Program-made: the position numbers and the translations under genes | Shown here: positions 37,379-51,213 of the stretch, piece by piece | How the letters are laid out: each line of letters opens with the position of its first letter | Numbering within the stretch: position 1 is the stretch's first letter | Notes under the pieces: model-generated | Told to the model about the DNA's origin: nothing | Databases searched by the model: none | Seen by the model: only the letters and a program-made list of their open reading frames with translations | NCBI GenBank assembly: GCA_002189035.1 | Contig: NEEC01000004.1 | Location: 4,836,001-4,900,000 of the forward strand | Source: Utricularia gibba | Taxonomy: Eukaryota > Plantae > Magnoliophyta | DNA length: 64,000 nt | Reading direction: 5' to 3'

Positions 37379-37880
37379 CGCGACCCATCGCCTTCCGACG
37401 ACGGCCACCGGAGACACAAAGTGATGGAAAGGTTGCTGAATAAAGTAGAGCGCAAAAGGGGTAAAGGAGACGGGCAGCTCCACTCACCGAAGCTCGCTTT
37501 TGCTTGTTTCTTGCAAAAGACGTGCCTCCTTGACGTTTTCCCTCCCCAAGTAGGTTTTAAGACAGTTTCCTATGTATCAATTATTTGTGTTTCAAAAAAA
37601 TAATTTTTTTAAAAAAATTAAAAAAAATTTATATTATAAAATAATATTGTGAAATAAATTTTAGAAATAGATGCAAAAAAATAAAAAAAGCTTATTTGAT
37701 TTAAAAAGTTTCTTTTTTGCTTTGCTTCAATCTGTTAATTGGGCCGTAAAAAGGAAATTATGTTGATAAAGGCCCAGTCTACGGGCCCATAAAATAGTAG
37801 CTTCCCATGGAGCCTAGAAACTTCCACATGACTGCCATAAGGATTAGCACCGGGAACGGGGTACCGTAGGGCAATCGGAA

Positions 37881-38377
37881 ATGGCTTTCTTCGGCGATCC
37901 TTTCCGGCGATTCCTCCTCGGCCCAGCGCCCTATCGTTCGTATCCGGGCACTCCTGGGCTCCTCGATTGGGTTGAGTCTCCCAGCGCACACATCTTCAAA
38001 ACCAACGTTCCCGGTGAGTAAGTAATCCCCGCTTTCGTCTCCGGGATCAAAATCCTGAATTCCAGCCTTCGACCGCAGGATGCAGTAGGGATAACATTAA
38101 GGTGCAATTGGAGGAAGGGAGCATTCTAGTGATTCGAAGTGAAGGCGCGAAGGACGAATACTCGCAGGGGAAGGAGAAAGACCTAATTTGGCATGTGGCG
38201 GAGAGAGCGCCGCTCGCGGCGGGGGATTTCTCGAGGAGAATCGAATTGCCGGAGGATGTGAAAGTGGAGCAGATCAAAGCTCAGGTCGAGAACGGCGTGC
38301 TTACAGTGGTTGTACCCAAAGATACAACTCCGAAGCGCGACCACGTCAGGAATATTACCGTTACGAGCAAACTCTGA
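37881..38377 (+). CDS. HSP15.7: Peroxisomal small heat-shock protein, 2 exons
   Basis: MAFFGDPFRRFL...LLDWVESPSAHIFK.NVPG|...FSRRIELPEDVKVEQIKAQVENGVLTVVVPKD; C-terminal PTS1 -SKL. Confidence 0.93.
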
Positions 38378-39278
38378 AGTCTGATCTTTGCTGTTACCAT
38401 GTGTATTTACAGAAATACCCTAAAACGGATATGACACGTACATGTTAAATAAATCTGGGCTTCGGTATGGCCCATTAGGCCCTTTCCATTTGGGCCTTGA
38501 AATTCACTCGTTGTTCTAATTTCTTAATTATATTTTACTTTTAAAAATTTAAAACAGTAATAAATATATTCATGATGCTAAATTTTATTGTAAACCGTAC
38601 TCTTTGTTTATTTTCTCTACCAAAAACGGCATTAATTTCTCATCGGGAAACAAATATATTTAATAACCGATCGGAAAAATTAATATTTGGGCGAGTAATC
38701 AATGAACATGTTCTGCCAACTATACACATGGGCCCACTATATTACTTGTCGGCCTTTTATTCGATGTTTTATTTCATTATAATAAATCTATTAATATTTA
38801 TAATAATTAACAAAATCACTGTTTCAAATTTTTAAACGAAAAAAATGAAATAAAAATATTACGATTTTATAATTCGTTTATTATAATATACAATTTACGT
38901 AAATGTGATTAAAAAAGTTAAAAAATACAGACGAATTTGAGAGGTTCAAATCGGATTCTCCGCCATGGAAGCATCTTATAACAATGCCCCCTATGGAGTG
39001 TTTAGCTGTTAGCGTTTAACCGGCGTGGCTTTTGGCTTCCTTTCCGGCGGAAAATGGAGATAAATAGGGATGAAGACACGAAATGCTGTCCGGGTGATGT
39101 GGTTGAAAGAAGATTTTTTTTTTTTTCTCTTGTCCGAAGTTATCACAAACTTTGTCCAATTCTCCAGACTGCTTCTCCTCAGGCTTCAAAGGTTTCGGCA
39201 TCCAGTTGCTGGCAGTTTCACATGAGTAGCTAACTGTAGCATCGTCATTCGTTTCAACTGGCAGTTTCTGGGGCGGCA

Positions 39279-41274
39279 ATGGGTGGCTTGGAATTTCGAA
39301 ACTTACAGCTTGTGATTGCGGGCGTTATTCTATTTTTTCCGATCCTGGGAGCGCCGGACTTGGATTCCGATATGGCGGCGTTGTTGTCCCTCCGATCGGC
39401 CTTGGGTGGGCGTCTCCGTGAGTGGAATAGTGAGAACTCAAATCCTTGTGAGTGGGCTGGCGTCATATGTTCGCCGGAAAGAAACTCTGTTGTTGGGCTT
39501 CACCTCCCCGGAAGGGGCCTCCGGGGCCCGTTGCCGGAAAATATCATCTCTAATATGACGAATCTGCGTACTCTTAGCTTGCGTTACAACTCCCTCTCTG
39601 GTCCGATTCCAGCGAACTTTTTTTCATCGCTCACTCGTCTACGGAATCTTTATCTGCAGTTTAACCTTTTCAGTGGCGAGATTCCGGATTCTTTGTTCAC
39701 TTTAACGTCACTCGTTCGCTTGAATTTGGGCAATAACAATTTCTCCGGTGCGGTTTCGCCTTCGTTCAACAATTTGAGTCGCTTGGGGACGCTGTACTTG
39801 CAGAACAACAGTTTTTCAGGGGAATTACCAAATCTCAGTTTCCGGTTGGCTCAATTCGATGTTTCCAACAATAACCTCACCGGCCGGATTCCACAGGGGC
39901 TATCTACTCAACCAAGAACCTCATTTATCGGAAATTCGCTCTGCGGCCAACCCTGGATCCCTGTGTGAATCGGAATCCAAGAAATAAGCTATCCAGCGGC
40001 GCCATTGCCGGAATCGTGATAGGGTCCATCCTCGTCCTTGTTCTGATTGTATTGCTAATATTATGTTTGATTGGGTTATTGATCGGAAAAGACAAGAAAT
40101 CTTCTCAAAACAAGGAACCTGAAATTGGGATTCTGGGAGACGACGCCGTCGAGAGAAACGCAATAACTCTCGGCGGCGGCGTCGGTATTACCACTCTAGC
40201 AGCTGCCGGTGTGAGGGAGAACGAGAAAATTGAAGGCACCGTCAACGGCGGTGGCGGCCCCGGAGGGAAGAAAATTTTAGTCTATCTCGGATCCACTGAT
40301 TGGAATTTTGACTTGGAAGAACTTCTGAGAGCGTCTGCGGAAGTTCTGGGGAAAGGAACATTTGGAACTACTTACAAAGCTGTTCTCGAAACAAATGTGT
40401 CTGTTGCAGTGAAGCGCCTGAGAGAAGTTAAACTTGGGGACAAGGAATTCAGAGCAAAAATAGAAGTCATCGGAAAAGTAGATCACGAAAATTTGGTTCC
40501 TCTGAAAGCTTATTTCTTCGGCAACGCTGAAAAGCTCCTGGTTTTCGATTATCTGCCTCTGGGAAGCCTCTCTGCAGTGTTACATGGTAAGAATCGGAAT
40601 CATTCCAAGAATTCTTGAAACCCAGTTGCCTAAATGTTCTATTGATGGCAGGAAGCAAGGGCGGCCGCCGCACGCCGTTAACCTGGGAAACTAGGGTTTC
40701 GATCGCCGCCGGCGCTGCCAGAGGCATCGCCCATCTCCATTCACAAAGCCCATCATTTTCCCATGGTAACATCAAATCATCCAACATTCTACTGACAAAA
40801 TCATACGAAGCCCGTGTCTCTGATTACGGGCTCGTCCAAATCGCCACCCCAACGGCGCCACCGGCTCCTGCCCGAGTCGTGGGGTACCGGGCGCCGGAAG
40901 TCACCGATTCCCAGAAAATTTCACAGAAAGCCGACGTGTACAGTTTCGGGGTATTACTACTCGAACTGCTAACAGGAAAGGCACCCATGAATTCATTGTT
41001 GAACGAAGAAGGCGTGGATCTACCGAGATGGGTGCAATCAGTGGTTCGGGAAGAGTGGGCCGACGAAGTGTTCGACGTGGAACTTCTCCGCTATCAGAAC
41101 GTAGAAGATGACATGCTGCAGTTGCTACAGCTCGGCATTGACTGTACATCTCAGCTCCCAGACAGCCGGCCAACGATGGCTCAAATCGTAACCAGAATCG
41201 AGAGTCTCGCCCGCCGGGGCACCCACGGCTTGGACGCCGACATCGAAGAGCCCGGCGGCGCATCTGCAAATTAG
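39279..41274 (+). CDS. LRR-III atypical receptor kinase (RKL1/RLK902-like); intron 40587-40651; -1 frameshift at ~39950
   Basis: LRRNT and LRRs, TM (LSSGAIAGIVIGS), kinase FDLEELLRASAEVLGKGTFGTTYKA...HGNIKSSNILL...GYRAPE...WVQSVVREEW; adding one C in caaccctgg gives GQPLDPC. Confidence 0.93.
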
Positions 41275-42306
41275 GCCCCATATATCCCTTTAAAATTTTA
41301 TTTTTATTTGTAACAATTTTCTCAGTTTTAACTCCAAAAACTGAACCATATATGCAATTCATGAATATAAATTATTCATAATATTACTATTATTTCTCCT
41401 TTTTCGCTTTTTTAAGGGTGACAAATAGCAAAAATATATCGTATATAATAAAAATTACTTTTTAAAATATTTTTTGAAAATACAATAGATTATAACAAGA
41501 GGGAGCATTAAATGTAACGCCCACCATATTTTAGCTATAAATGATGATCCCACCATCTTGTGTCATAAGTCAAAATGGAAATGGGTGGGAGGGTATGCTT
41601 CTAAATCTTATTCTAAAACGCCTTCACATGAGTATCTAACTTTCGAAATGTCATTCCGATAATCCGAAATTTTCTCGAATTTTGAACATTGATTTTAATT
41701 TTTCAAATTCAAGTTTAAATGATCAATATATGTATTTTTTTTCTAATTTGTGTGTTATATTGATTCATATTGTTCAGCATTCTGGAATCTTCTTTTGGAC
41801 CTTCGGATAATCAAAGTTTGTGTCTTTATCTTTCAATACTTTTCAATCACAATCATTGACAATACACATACATCGATCTTAACAAAACATCTCAAATATC
41901 AACTATATTAATAAATAGTAGGTAGTGGCATGGAGAATAAGATTTTAAATTCAAAATAATTATGTTTTCTAGATTTTTTGTTAAAATATGAAATTTATGA
42001 GTAATAAGTTTTTATTATTTTTTAAATATAAATATAATTTAGGACAACCCATCCAGTAATTAGTCGTAGCTAAATTTAGAGCGAAATATTTTTTTTTTCA
42101 TAATCTTGACGATAAAATATTGAATTTAAATAGAATTCCGTCGAATTTTAAAACAATGGGACTGGAAGGCCATTTCCTCATTGGGCCGTCAAACTTGTCG
42201 TATCGGGCCGGATGTTGGGCTTCACAAATCGGCGACGGTGGGCGGTATCCCTAGGGCTTGGGGCTTATTGCTCTCCGCCGTTCCATGGTATTCCGGGAGA
42301 ATCTGA

Positions 42307-43947
42307 ATGCTCTTTCGGAGTTCTTTTGTACGCGAGAGAATTGCAGTGGTGAGGGTTCTTTGTGAATGCGTTTCTCCATCATCGAACTTTGGAGTAAGGG
42401 TAAGGTTTTCTATTCTTGCCGGCTCAGAGAACTGGGTTCAGCATAACGAGTTGTTTCAGAGGCATCCTAGATTGCGAGTCCTTGAACAGAAAAAATGCAA
42501 GAAGACGTTTCGTCATGTGAGGCAGCTTTTGTCCTACGTCATTGTTTCTGGTCTCCATCGCAATCCGTTTGTGATGAGCCGATTACTATACTTGAGTTTG
42601 GTTGATTTGGAGGGAGGTGAAAAGGAAAAATCGGAGTTTGGAGCTCGGATTTTTTCTAGGATTGACAATCCTAATTTGTTTTCGTGGAACACAATCATCA
42701 GATTCTTTGCGGGCTTTTGCCCTGTAACCGCTGCTGATTATTACATTGAAATGCTTAGGGAAGGTAACTTCCCAGATGGTTACACATTTCCGTTCTTACT
42801 TCAGGCTTGTGAACTTTGTCCCTATTTAGGTTTCGTTAAACAAATCCACTGTCACTCCTTGAAGCTGTTTCGTTGTGATATTTTGTTTGTGCAGAACTCC
42901 CTTCTCCATGCCTATTTGCAATGCAATTCAGTGAAAGATGCTCGGTTACTGTTCGACGAATTGCCTGAGAAAGATGTTGTTTCCTGGACGACTGTAATTT
43001 CAGGGCTTGTCTCACAATCCAACTATTACGAGGCATTCCACTTTTTCAGAGAAATGATAGGTGATGGTTTTCGAACACTCCCTAATGATGCGACCCTTGT
43101 TTCAACAATGTCAGCTTGCGGTGGCCTAGGATCTATGGTGCTCACTAAGTGCTTGCATGGTTTGCTTCAGAAGGCAGGATGGGTAGACTCTAACATCTCT
43201 ATTGTGAATTCCCTAATAGATGCTTATGCAAAATGTGGAGACCTGGACTGTGCTATGAATGTTTTCAATGGCGCCAAACAAGGTACCAAAAGGCACTTGT
43301 ATTCATGGACAGCCATTATTTCTGGATATGCAATGCATGGCCATGGAATCAAAGCTTTGAGTATGTTCCTTCAAATGCAGCAAGACTGCGAACTGATCCC
43401 TGATGAAGTAACTTACTATGCAGTTCTGTCTGGCTGTGCTCATTCAGGTCTGGTACAAGAAGGGTTGTCAATTTTTCAGTCCATGATTGCGAACAAGAGC
43501 ATAAATCTTGATCTTAAACACTACTGTTGCATTGTAGATCTTCTTGGTCGAGCCGGGATGCTCAATCAGGCATTCGATATAGTGGAAAAGATGCCTATGG
43601 GGCCAAATCTTGCTGTGCTGGGATCTCTACTGAGTAACTGTAGACTTCATAATAACTTACAAATGATTGAAGACGTCTCAACAAAGATCGAGCTGTTGAA
43701 CCGCACTGGTGGGGGTTCTCCTGTGCTCATGTCAAACGTTTATGCAGCAGAGAATCAGTGGGATAAAGTTATTCGCATCAGGAAGGAAATGAGACAACAC
43801 ATTGGGGAGAAACCACCCGGAAGAAGCTGGATTCAGATCAAAGATGTCATCTTTGAGTTTGTTGCTCGGAATGATTCCAGGGAAACACTAGCTTTGGAAC
43901 TCAAGCATGTTATTTGTAGCCTTGAGAAAATTATCAGATTGATGTAG
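42307..43947 (+). CDS. PLS-class pentatricopeptide repeat protein with E domain, intronless
   Basis: Repeated motifs FSWNTIIR, NSLLHAYLQC, DVVSWTTVISG, NSLIDAYAKCG, HYCCIVDLLGRAG; E/E+ segment VLMSNVYAA...KPPGRSWI. Confidence 0.93.
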   Translation: MLFRSSFVRERIAVVRVLCECVSPSSNFGVRVRFSILAGSENWVQHNELFQRHPRLRVLEQKKCKKTFRHVRQLLSYVIVSGLHRNPFVMSRLLYLSLVDLEGGEKEKSEFGARIFSRIDNPNLFSWNTIIRFFAGFCPVTAADYYIEMLREGNFPDGYTFPFLLQACELCPYLGFVKQIHCHSLKLFRCDILFVQNSLLHAYLQCNSVKDARLLFDELPEKDVVSWTTVISGLVSQSNYYEAFHFFREMIGDGFRTLPNDATLVSTMSACGGLGSMVLTKCLHGLLQKAGWVDSNISIVNSLIDAYAKCGDLDCAMNVFNGAKQGTKRHLYSWTAIISGYAMHGHGIKALSMFLQMQQDCELIPDEVTYYAVLSGCAHSGLVQEGLSIFQSMIANKSINLDLKHYCCIVDLLGRAGMLNQAFDIVEKMPMGPNLAVLGSLLSNCRLHNNLQMIEDVSTKIELLNRTGGGSPVLMSNVYAAENQWDKVIRIRKEMRQHIGEKPPGRSWIQIKDVIFEFVARNDSRETLALELKHVICSLEKIIRLM

Positions 43948-44158
43948 TGTCAATTTTATAGGAAAACAAGAAAACTTCATTGTACGGCTAAACAGTTGCA
44001 GGTGCTGATTGATGAAGTCAACTTAAAGGAACCTGAAGGAAAGTACACTTACAGAGAGATACATCACCCAATGTTAAGCACAATCACGACCTAATACTAC
44101 CATAAAGCAGCATAACTTCCAAGTCAATGAACTTCAAAGACAAGCACAATCATCTCTC

Positions 44159-44924
44159 TCAGGCTTCAACAGCCGCATTCTGCACAGTTTGTGGCCTCAC
44201 CTTTCTCGGCCTTCCTCTGGGCCTACCAGTCTTTGAAACACTTGGGGCTCCACCGGAGGGCTTCGGCTTCTTAGGCGCGGGCGGCGCATTCGGGTCCTTT
44301 CGCGGTCGCCCTCTTGGCCGCGGAGGCGGCAATACAACACCCGGAGGCAGAGGCTCTTTCGGCTTCGATGGACGACCGCGGCCGCGTTTGACCGGAGCAG
44401 CGTCGGGGACTCGCCTGAGATAACTGTTGTTGACAAAAACAAGTTCCCCAGTGCCTATCATTCTCGCCAGATGCGTGGTCAGCTGGTCAGAGTGTCCTTG
44501 GGGCATTTCCCGTACTTGGTCTCCATGTACTTTGATATGGTAGATTTGTCAGCACCCTCTGGTTGTTTCAGAGAATCAATAGCCTCCAAAATCATCTGAG
44601 TTTTTTTTTTTTCAGAAGAGTCAGCGCGCAAACGGACAAGAATTGCATAGCAGCATGAACTAAGCTTCAAGGGCTCAATTAAAGCGACAAAGGTGAGCAA
44701 CACATAAATGCTTTTCAATACAAAAACCAGAAAAAAGCTTTAAACTTTGACGCAAAACTTACGCAGAAACGCAAAAGAAAAGAAACCCAGAAAATTCGGA
44801 CAAGACACAAATGTACAAGAAGCAAAATAAAACGAGCGCTTTAAAAACAAATCTGCATGCTTTTTGTTTTCACCTGGGGATAAGGAGGAAGCGGAGACGG
44901 AGCGGTGAGCTCTTCAGACACCAT
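44159..44924 (-). CDS. HMGA/HMG-Y (H15 globular domain + AT-hooks); exons 44924-44874 and 44595-44159; -1 indel at ~44510
   Basis: MVSEELTAPSPLPPYPQ|MILEAIDSLKQPEGADKSTISKYMETKY, then four RGRP AT-hooks; adding one G in tacgggaaatg joins the frames. Confidence 0.92.
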
Positions 44925-47900
44925 TGCAGAAGCTTCTTGACAGAGATTCAGCCGGAGAAAACACCAAAATCAAAGCTTTTTTAGAAAATTATATTTTTTA
45001 CGAAAGAGAAAATCACGGACAAAGAGAAACCAGGTCTTGTTGTCACACTGGATGGACGGTAGAGATTGGCGCACGCGGACGGACGACACAGAGAGCACTC
45101 GGATTGATGACGTGGCATTGATTTTGTAATGATCTACTCCGTTTGATCGTCTATTATTGGACTTGGACACGTATTGATCTTCAATTAATGGGCTCTCAAT
45201 GGAAGGCCCGAGTAAAAAATGAGAATAAAAAATTAGGATGACGTCACACTCTCGTTTTTCTTTCATTTATTAAAATTATTATTATTATTATTACTTATAT
45301 TTCTCAGATAAATATATATATTAAAATTTGTAAAATAATCTACTTTTTATTTAGTGTAAATAAATATAAATAATTTAAGCTTTTGTAAAATTCAACTTAC
45401 TCTATTGATATTAATGTTTTTATGTCTCAAATGAACGAATAACAATATCATCAGAAATAAAAACATTTGTAATTTTATATAGTCTAAACCATTTAAAATG
45501 CAATTTATCCGGAAATAGTTTCAAAATAGTATTAAATAAGAAAACTTTTTAATCAACTAAAAATTAATTCTCATGTAATTTACTATCATAATAGCATTTT
45601 AACTTTTATTCGTGTAGAAGCTGATTGATCTAGGCATTAAGTCGAATTTACTCCAACTCATTCAATTTCAAAAGTCTACGGATAGTATATATTTTCTTTG
45701 GTGTAGTAATATAAGTTAAAAATTTGATCATGTATTAGATATTATGTAAAAAAAATGATAAATCCTATGTATATATATATTTTTTGACTAAATGTGTCAA
45801 GATAATGTAACAATGATGATTGATACATTTGTGTTGAAGTCCAAGAGGAGTACTTTTCTTTTTTGATGGGGTCTTTTACTTTCTAGTGGTGGATGTATAG
45901 TCTCTATCTAAAGGAACTGCTTTCCTTCTCTTTACACAGAGGGCATTGCTTACATTGGGGGAAAAGCATCGCCTTATCATCTGAAGTTTGCTGATTTGAA
46001 GAACATACCTGGGTGGGTGGCGATCTGCTTTTTACTTTCTGTATCTGCTTTATGTTTGCATTTATGTTGAAAAATGAAAGGAATTACACAATGTACTTGT
46101 AGCCGTGGGTATGGGTTCTTAACAGTAAGCCCAGAATGTGCAGTTCTCTTGATAAAGATTGAATGGGAGTCCCCTGAGCCTCCACTTCGCAAGGCCTGCG
46201 GAAACAGTGTGAATGTAGGATTGATTATTCGTTTAGATAATGAAGGCATTTGTGTTTACTTGAACACTTGTAGTGGCTCAAATGTGTTATTCAAGAATGT
46301 TGGGTTTTTTGGAAGCAAAGAGTAGAGTGGTATTGTGGAGTGAGCTTGAATACTTGCAGTGGCTAAAATGACTAATTCTCATATTATACGATATTATTCG
46401 TTTTATGTATTCAATTCTTAATGTTTTATATTTTTTCTTTATGGGAAAAAAATAGCATATCAAATTTAGGTGATTATTATGCATGTGAAATTCACTTAAT
46501 GTAGTTATGTCACTCTTCCTTGGAAGAGTTGCCCTATATTTATTCCTTTTTGAAAATTTAGCATTTTAGTTGAAGTTTGACTTAGAACTCTTTATTGATT
46601 TACGAAAATAATGACGTGGATTCCGTTATTTTGTTTTCATGAGCAAACTTCATTTACCTAAAATGATTTCTACAGTATGAATTTATTAAAATTAATCATT
46701 TTTATAAAAATTAAAAATAAAAGTGATTTACGAAAAGACATGTTAGTATTTCCGGAAATCACTAAAGATATTTTTACCATCAATTACAATCATATATTTG
46801 ATTTTAATATCAAATGTCATGATACATCTTTTAATTTCACGATATTATCTCTATTGAATATTTAATTTTTACATTTTTTTGATTTTATTATCTTAAAAAA
46901 GTTTTTATGTAAAATTTGTATGATCATTCTACTTAATCTTTTCATTTCCCCCATCTGCAACCGATGTGATATAGAATTCATCTAATTTAAGCATAATGGT
47001 GTTTAAATATTTCTTCACTTTCATTTACGGCCCTTTTATCAATGGGGAAATGATACTCTTTAGATTTGTGCAAATGGCTGTGTCATTACAAGAACTCGTC
47101 CGTACCTGATTCCCTTATTCATCTCCTGTCTTGTGTTACCTGGGATCACCACCCCCATTAGCCTGTTTGGTATGTACAGAACATGCACCAGGAACTCAAG
47201 ATGTGATTGAGGGATGATTCATTCTGTACAACAGAACCATGGAACACACCAGAAAACATCAAAATGCCGACTGGTCATGATGGATGTCTCAAAAGCCTTC
47301 AGCAACATTTCCCCATCTGTTACTGCTGTTGTAGTTTGAACTTTGTAAATGTCAGAATATGGACGGTAAGCTCCAACAGCAGACATTCCAACACTAGTGG
47401 GCTTCCTACTCCTACGTATGTTCATGCCTTTGAAACTGCTGAGACAACGTTAGCTATGCAGTAAAGAAAGTGGAGGAGGGGTGTAATAAATTTGCATGAA
47501 TATAATTTGAATTTGTGGGTGTGGTGTTGTAGTGCAATGCCACCGGAGTAGTGTGGCCCAGGTACAGTTAATGATCGGAAACAAGAGCTGCAGCCTCGTA
47601 CGGAGTGGAGGAGTGGAAGAGGAAAAAGAACACAGACCAGTGAATTGGACACCGCAGGAAATAGGGAGGAGAGAGTGTCGTTCCTATTAATTCTCCATAT
47701 TGCTACCCCATAAGGCAACTTTAAGCTTTCAAACTACTGGTAATGGAACATTAACAGCAGGAAGCAGTCCCCCGTAGAAGAAACTCAGGAGTAATGAGAC
47801 TAGAAACAAGGAAATAGAGCCACTAATCCAGAAATGCAGATACAGTGGAGTCTAGAAAACTACAAAGAGTTTAAGGGATTCTGAAGTGTATTGTGAAGAT

Positions 47901-48380
47901 GGGGTGAAAAGGGACGTTACATGGAAGGAAGGGGAAAAAGGTGCATAGGATGGTCAGGTCCACGCTGCGGTTTGTCGGGTGGATACGAGTCAGATTCTAC
48001 CTCTCCTCTAGGGGCGTAACTCGTCATCTACTTGCTATTTGTGTACTGCATCTGCTGCTTTTACTCCCTTGTCTGTAATCATTTTCCATCACCATCTACT
48101 TCTCTCTGATCACTAAGTGAACGCAATGTGTTTTCTGTTGTATAAGTAACACACATAGATAGGTAGATAGATCAAGATCATCTTTTTTTTTCACTCCCTT
48201 TCTTATTCCCATCTTTTCTCTGAAACCAAGCTGATAGAAGAGTTAGCTTCACTTGTTTTGTAACTGTTAAAAGTTCCTTGTCCGTCGCCTTCATGCATGA
48301 AACCAAGGAACTCATTTGTCTCTCTTGAGCCTCCGTCATCCTCCACCAACTGACTGTTTTATTCTTCCATTAGGATAACA

Positions 48381-49283
48381 ATGAGTGATACCAAGAACCA
48401 GAGGAAGAAGGCGGCTGATAGGCCTCAAGAAGCAGCTCTTCGATGCCCACGATGCGATTCGCCGAATACCAAGTTCTGTTATTACAACAACTACAGCCTC
48501 TCCCAGCCGAGGCATTTCTGCAAGACATGTCGGAGGTACTGGACCAAAGGTGGCGCCTTGCGCAATGTTCTGATAGGGGGTGGCTGCCAGAAGAGCAAGA
48601 AGGCCAAAGGGTCTTCCAAGCTCGCATTGGATTCAGCAGCGGATGTGGGAGGGTTGAGATTGTTCCAGGTTATCCCACCAGTTGCCATGGATTTTCAGCT
48701 CAATGTTCCAAGACTTGGGTCTCCATTTCCAGGGCTCTGTTACCAGTTTCCGTCATCAAATCCCGCCATTCCCACAAATCCATGCTTCAGTTTTGATCCG
48801 AATCCTGAAGGGCCATCTCCTTCCGTAGGACTTGGATTCTCCTTCTCTTCTTCAGGTTTCAAACCACTGGAGGGAACAAACACTGCCGGATTCCAGGAAA
48901 TGGGCTCTTACAGCAGAATCTTTGACTCTGAATCACACTGGAAACTTCAGCAGCAGAGACTAGCCATGCTCGTTTCGGGGGACTACGATAAGGAGATACC
49001 GAGCATCGCTATCCCAGCGATCGAACCAGCAACAAGCATTCAAAGAATGCAACCCATACTATTCCGCAACTTGGAAATCTCCAACATGAAGCAGCATGTC
49101 ACGCTGCCAACTACGAAAGATGACATCACTGCAATTCCTCCAAGAGAATGGTTCTTGGAACATCCCTATGCTACACAACAGCAGGCTCCAGCACTAGCTA
49201 CGAACGCCACAAATCCAAATGCAAATGAAACTACAAACTGGAGCACTAATGAAGGTTCATTTGAGATCATTTCTGGGATTTGA
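48381..49283 (+). CDS. Dof zinc-finger transcription factor (a short upstream exon is possible)
   Basis: [42 protein letters not shown]. Confidence 0.93.
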   Translation: MSDTKNQRKKAADRPQEAALRCPRCDSPNTKFCYYNNYSLSQPRHFCKTCRRYWTKGGALRNVLIGGGCQKSKKAKGSSKLALDSAADVGGLRLFQVIPPVAMDFQLNVPRLGSPFPGLCYQFPSSNPAIPTNPCFSFDPNPEGPSPSVGLGFSFSSSGFKPLEGTNTAGFQEMGSYSRIFDSESHWKLQQQRLAMLVSGDYDKEIPSIAIPAIEPATSIQRMQPILFRNLEISNMKQHVTLPTTKDDITAIPPREWFLEHPYATQQQAPALATNATNPNANETTNWSTNEGSFEIISGI

Positions 49284-51039
49284 TAGAGAAACATTGCATG
49301 CAAGAACCAACTCTTACTTTCTTCTTAGAGCACATAGAGAGACCTGAGAAAAGTATGTTGTAGAATAGTGGTTGTATGCTCGCTCTGGTTCTGCATTTGC
49401 ATGGAAAAGATGCAGAATCTAGGCAAAATTATATCAAGCTTTTTATCTTTTTTGTGGATGATCATTAGGTTTATTTAGAGCAAGATTCGATCTTCATGTT
49501 GCATATCTGGAGCATAGACGCAGCTCAAACATCTTTTTTTCCACACATACAATATCACAATACCCTCTTTGGTATAACATTCAGAAAATGGATATTGATG
49601 CATAACATAGAAGGGTAAATTAAACTGTATCCCCATCTTACAATCTGTCTGAGCTCATATAATTTTTTTTATTCATTCTAACACGTATAACAGGAAATGT
49701 CTGATTTGCGACGCATCACCAGTTCTTAAAAACGGCCATATTTGGATTCCTTTCTTCGTCTTCGTCAAGGTTGCATAGTCAGACAATAACCAGGTAAATT
49801 TCCATTACCCACTGACTCTTCCATCTTGGTAACAGTAACAGAAGCAAGTTTCAGACTTTGCACAGCTGCTTCTCTGGCAGTAGCAGCAGCATAGCACCCG
49901 ACGGTCCCAGTTCAGCGCTCCCTCTTCCCTGATCCTTCTCCAGAAGCGTGAAAATAAATACAAGAACCAGGGAGTTAAGTGAATGGTAATTAGTGAACTG
50001 GGGTTAGTAGCAAACAAGTACTGGGATCGGTCCCTCACCTTTTCTCACCGCTGAGTTAATCGCAGAATTTGAAAAGTTACAAACCTAGTCCCAGTGGAGG
50101 GGAGTCGGAGTCCTCAAAAGGGGAGACAATGAAAACTGCAACTCCCCGACCAATCAATACAACCTGCCAAAATCTAGATCAAAACACACCACACAATGCC
50201 CTAAAACACAATTTTCTCTTCACACTCCTTGGTTTTCAGGCATCATTTAAAAAATTCAATATTCATGATATATGATATATATATATATATGTAATGAAAA
50301 TGATTATTTTTACTATTTATTTTTCATCATAATATATACTAAAAAAATATTTTGGAAAAAAATATATTATGAATTTTCTCTCATATAAAACACTAAAATG
50401 TGGGATTTTCACCCTCTTTTTTCGTTCAAGTGATGGTATTTGGCAATTCGCATGTATATTTAAACAACATTTGGAAGTATGTAGAATCAATTTTATTTTG
50501 TCTTGTAAATGTATATTAAATTTTATTTAATTTTTTTGAGAATCATTTTTAATATATTAGAATTATGAGATAGTGAATTTTCTATAAAAATTAATTTTTG
50601 AGAAATGATTATAAGATGAAATTAAATTATATACTTTTTTATAAATAATTATAATTACTGTTATAAATAATTTAATTATTTTAAATTTTAAATTTAAATT
50701 TTAATATAAATATATTTAAATTAACGTAATAACATAAAATGTAATTCAAAATTATATAATATTTTCACAATACAAATGATGTAAATATACTTTTAAATTT
50801 ATAAAATATAATTATTAATAGGTCATAATAAATACGTGATTTATTTATTAAAATTAATTCTTCTTTTTTATATTACGAATATGAACTCATTGTGTAATAA
50901 TCGATCTAAAAAATATATATCAATTTTCATTCTCATTAAAATCAATTTTAGATTTAATTTTTAAAATATAATTTGAGTTTATGTGCAGAATAATTATTTT
51001 ATTATTAAAAAAACACACACACGTACTCATGAGAGATTC

Positions 51040-51165
51040 TGTTTGTGTGGGCTTCCTAATAGGCTCTCGTGTGGATTTTATGGTTAATCATTTGGGCATT
51101 ATTTAAACGTGGGCCCAGTGATTGAAGCCCATATGTGTCGTTATTTTATCACCGGCCCAGGTTGC
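51040..51165 (+). promoter_or_regulatory. Cluster of site II (TGGGCY/RGCCCA, TCP-binding) elements upstream of PNO1
   Basis: tgggct ~51047, tgggcc ~51111, agccca ~51126 and ggccca ~51153; typical of ribosome-biogenesis promoters. Confidence 0.55.
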
Positions 51166-51213
51166 TATTACCAAAAGGGTTTCCGTCTTCGAGATTTTCG
51201 GGGTTGAAGTAAG

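Noticed and set aside
45950-47750. Several 65-100 aa ORFs between HMGA and Dof
   Set aside because: No recognisable motifs or consistent exon chain in any frame
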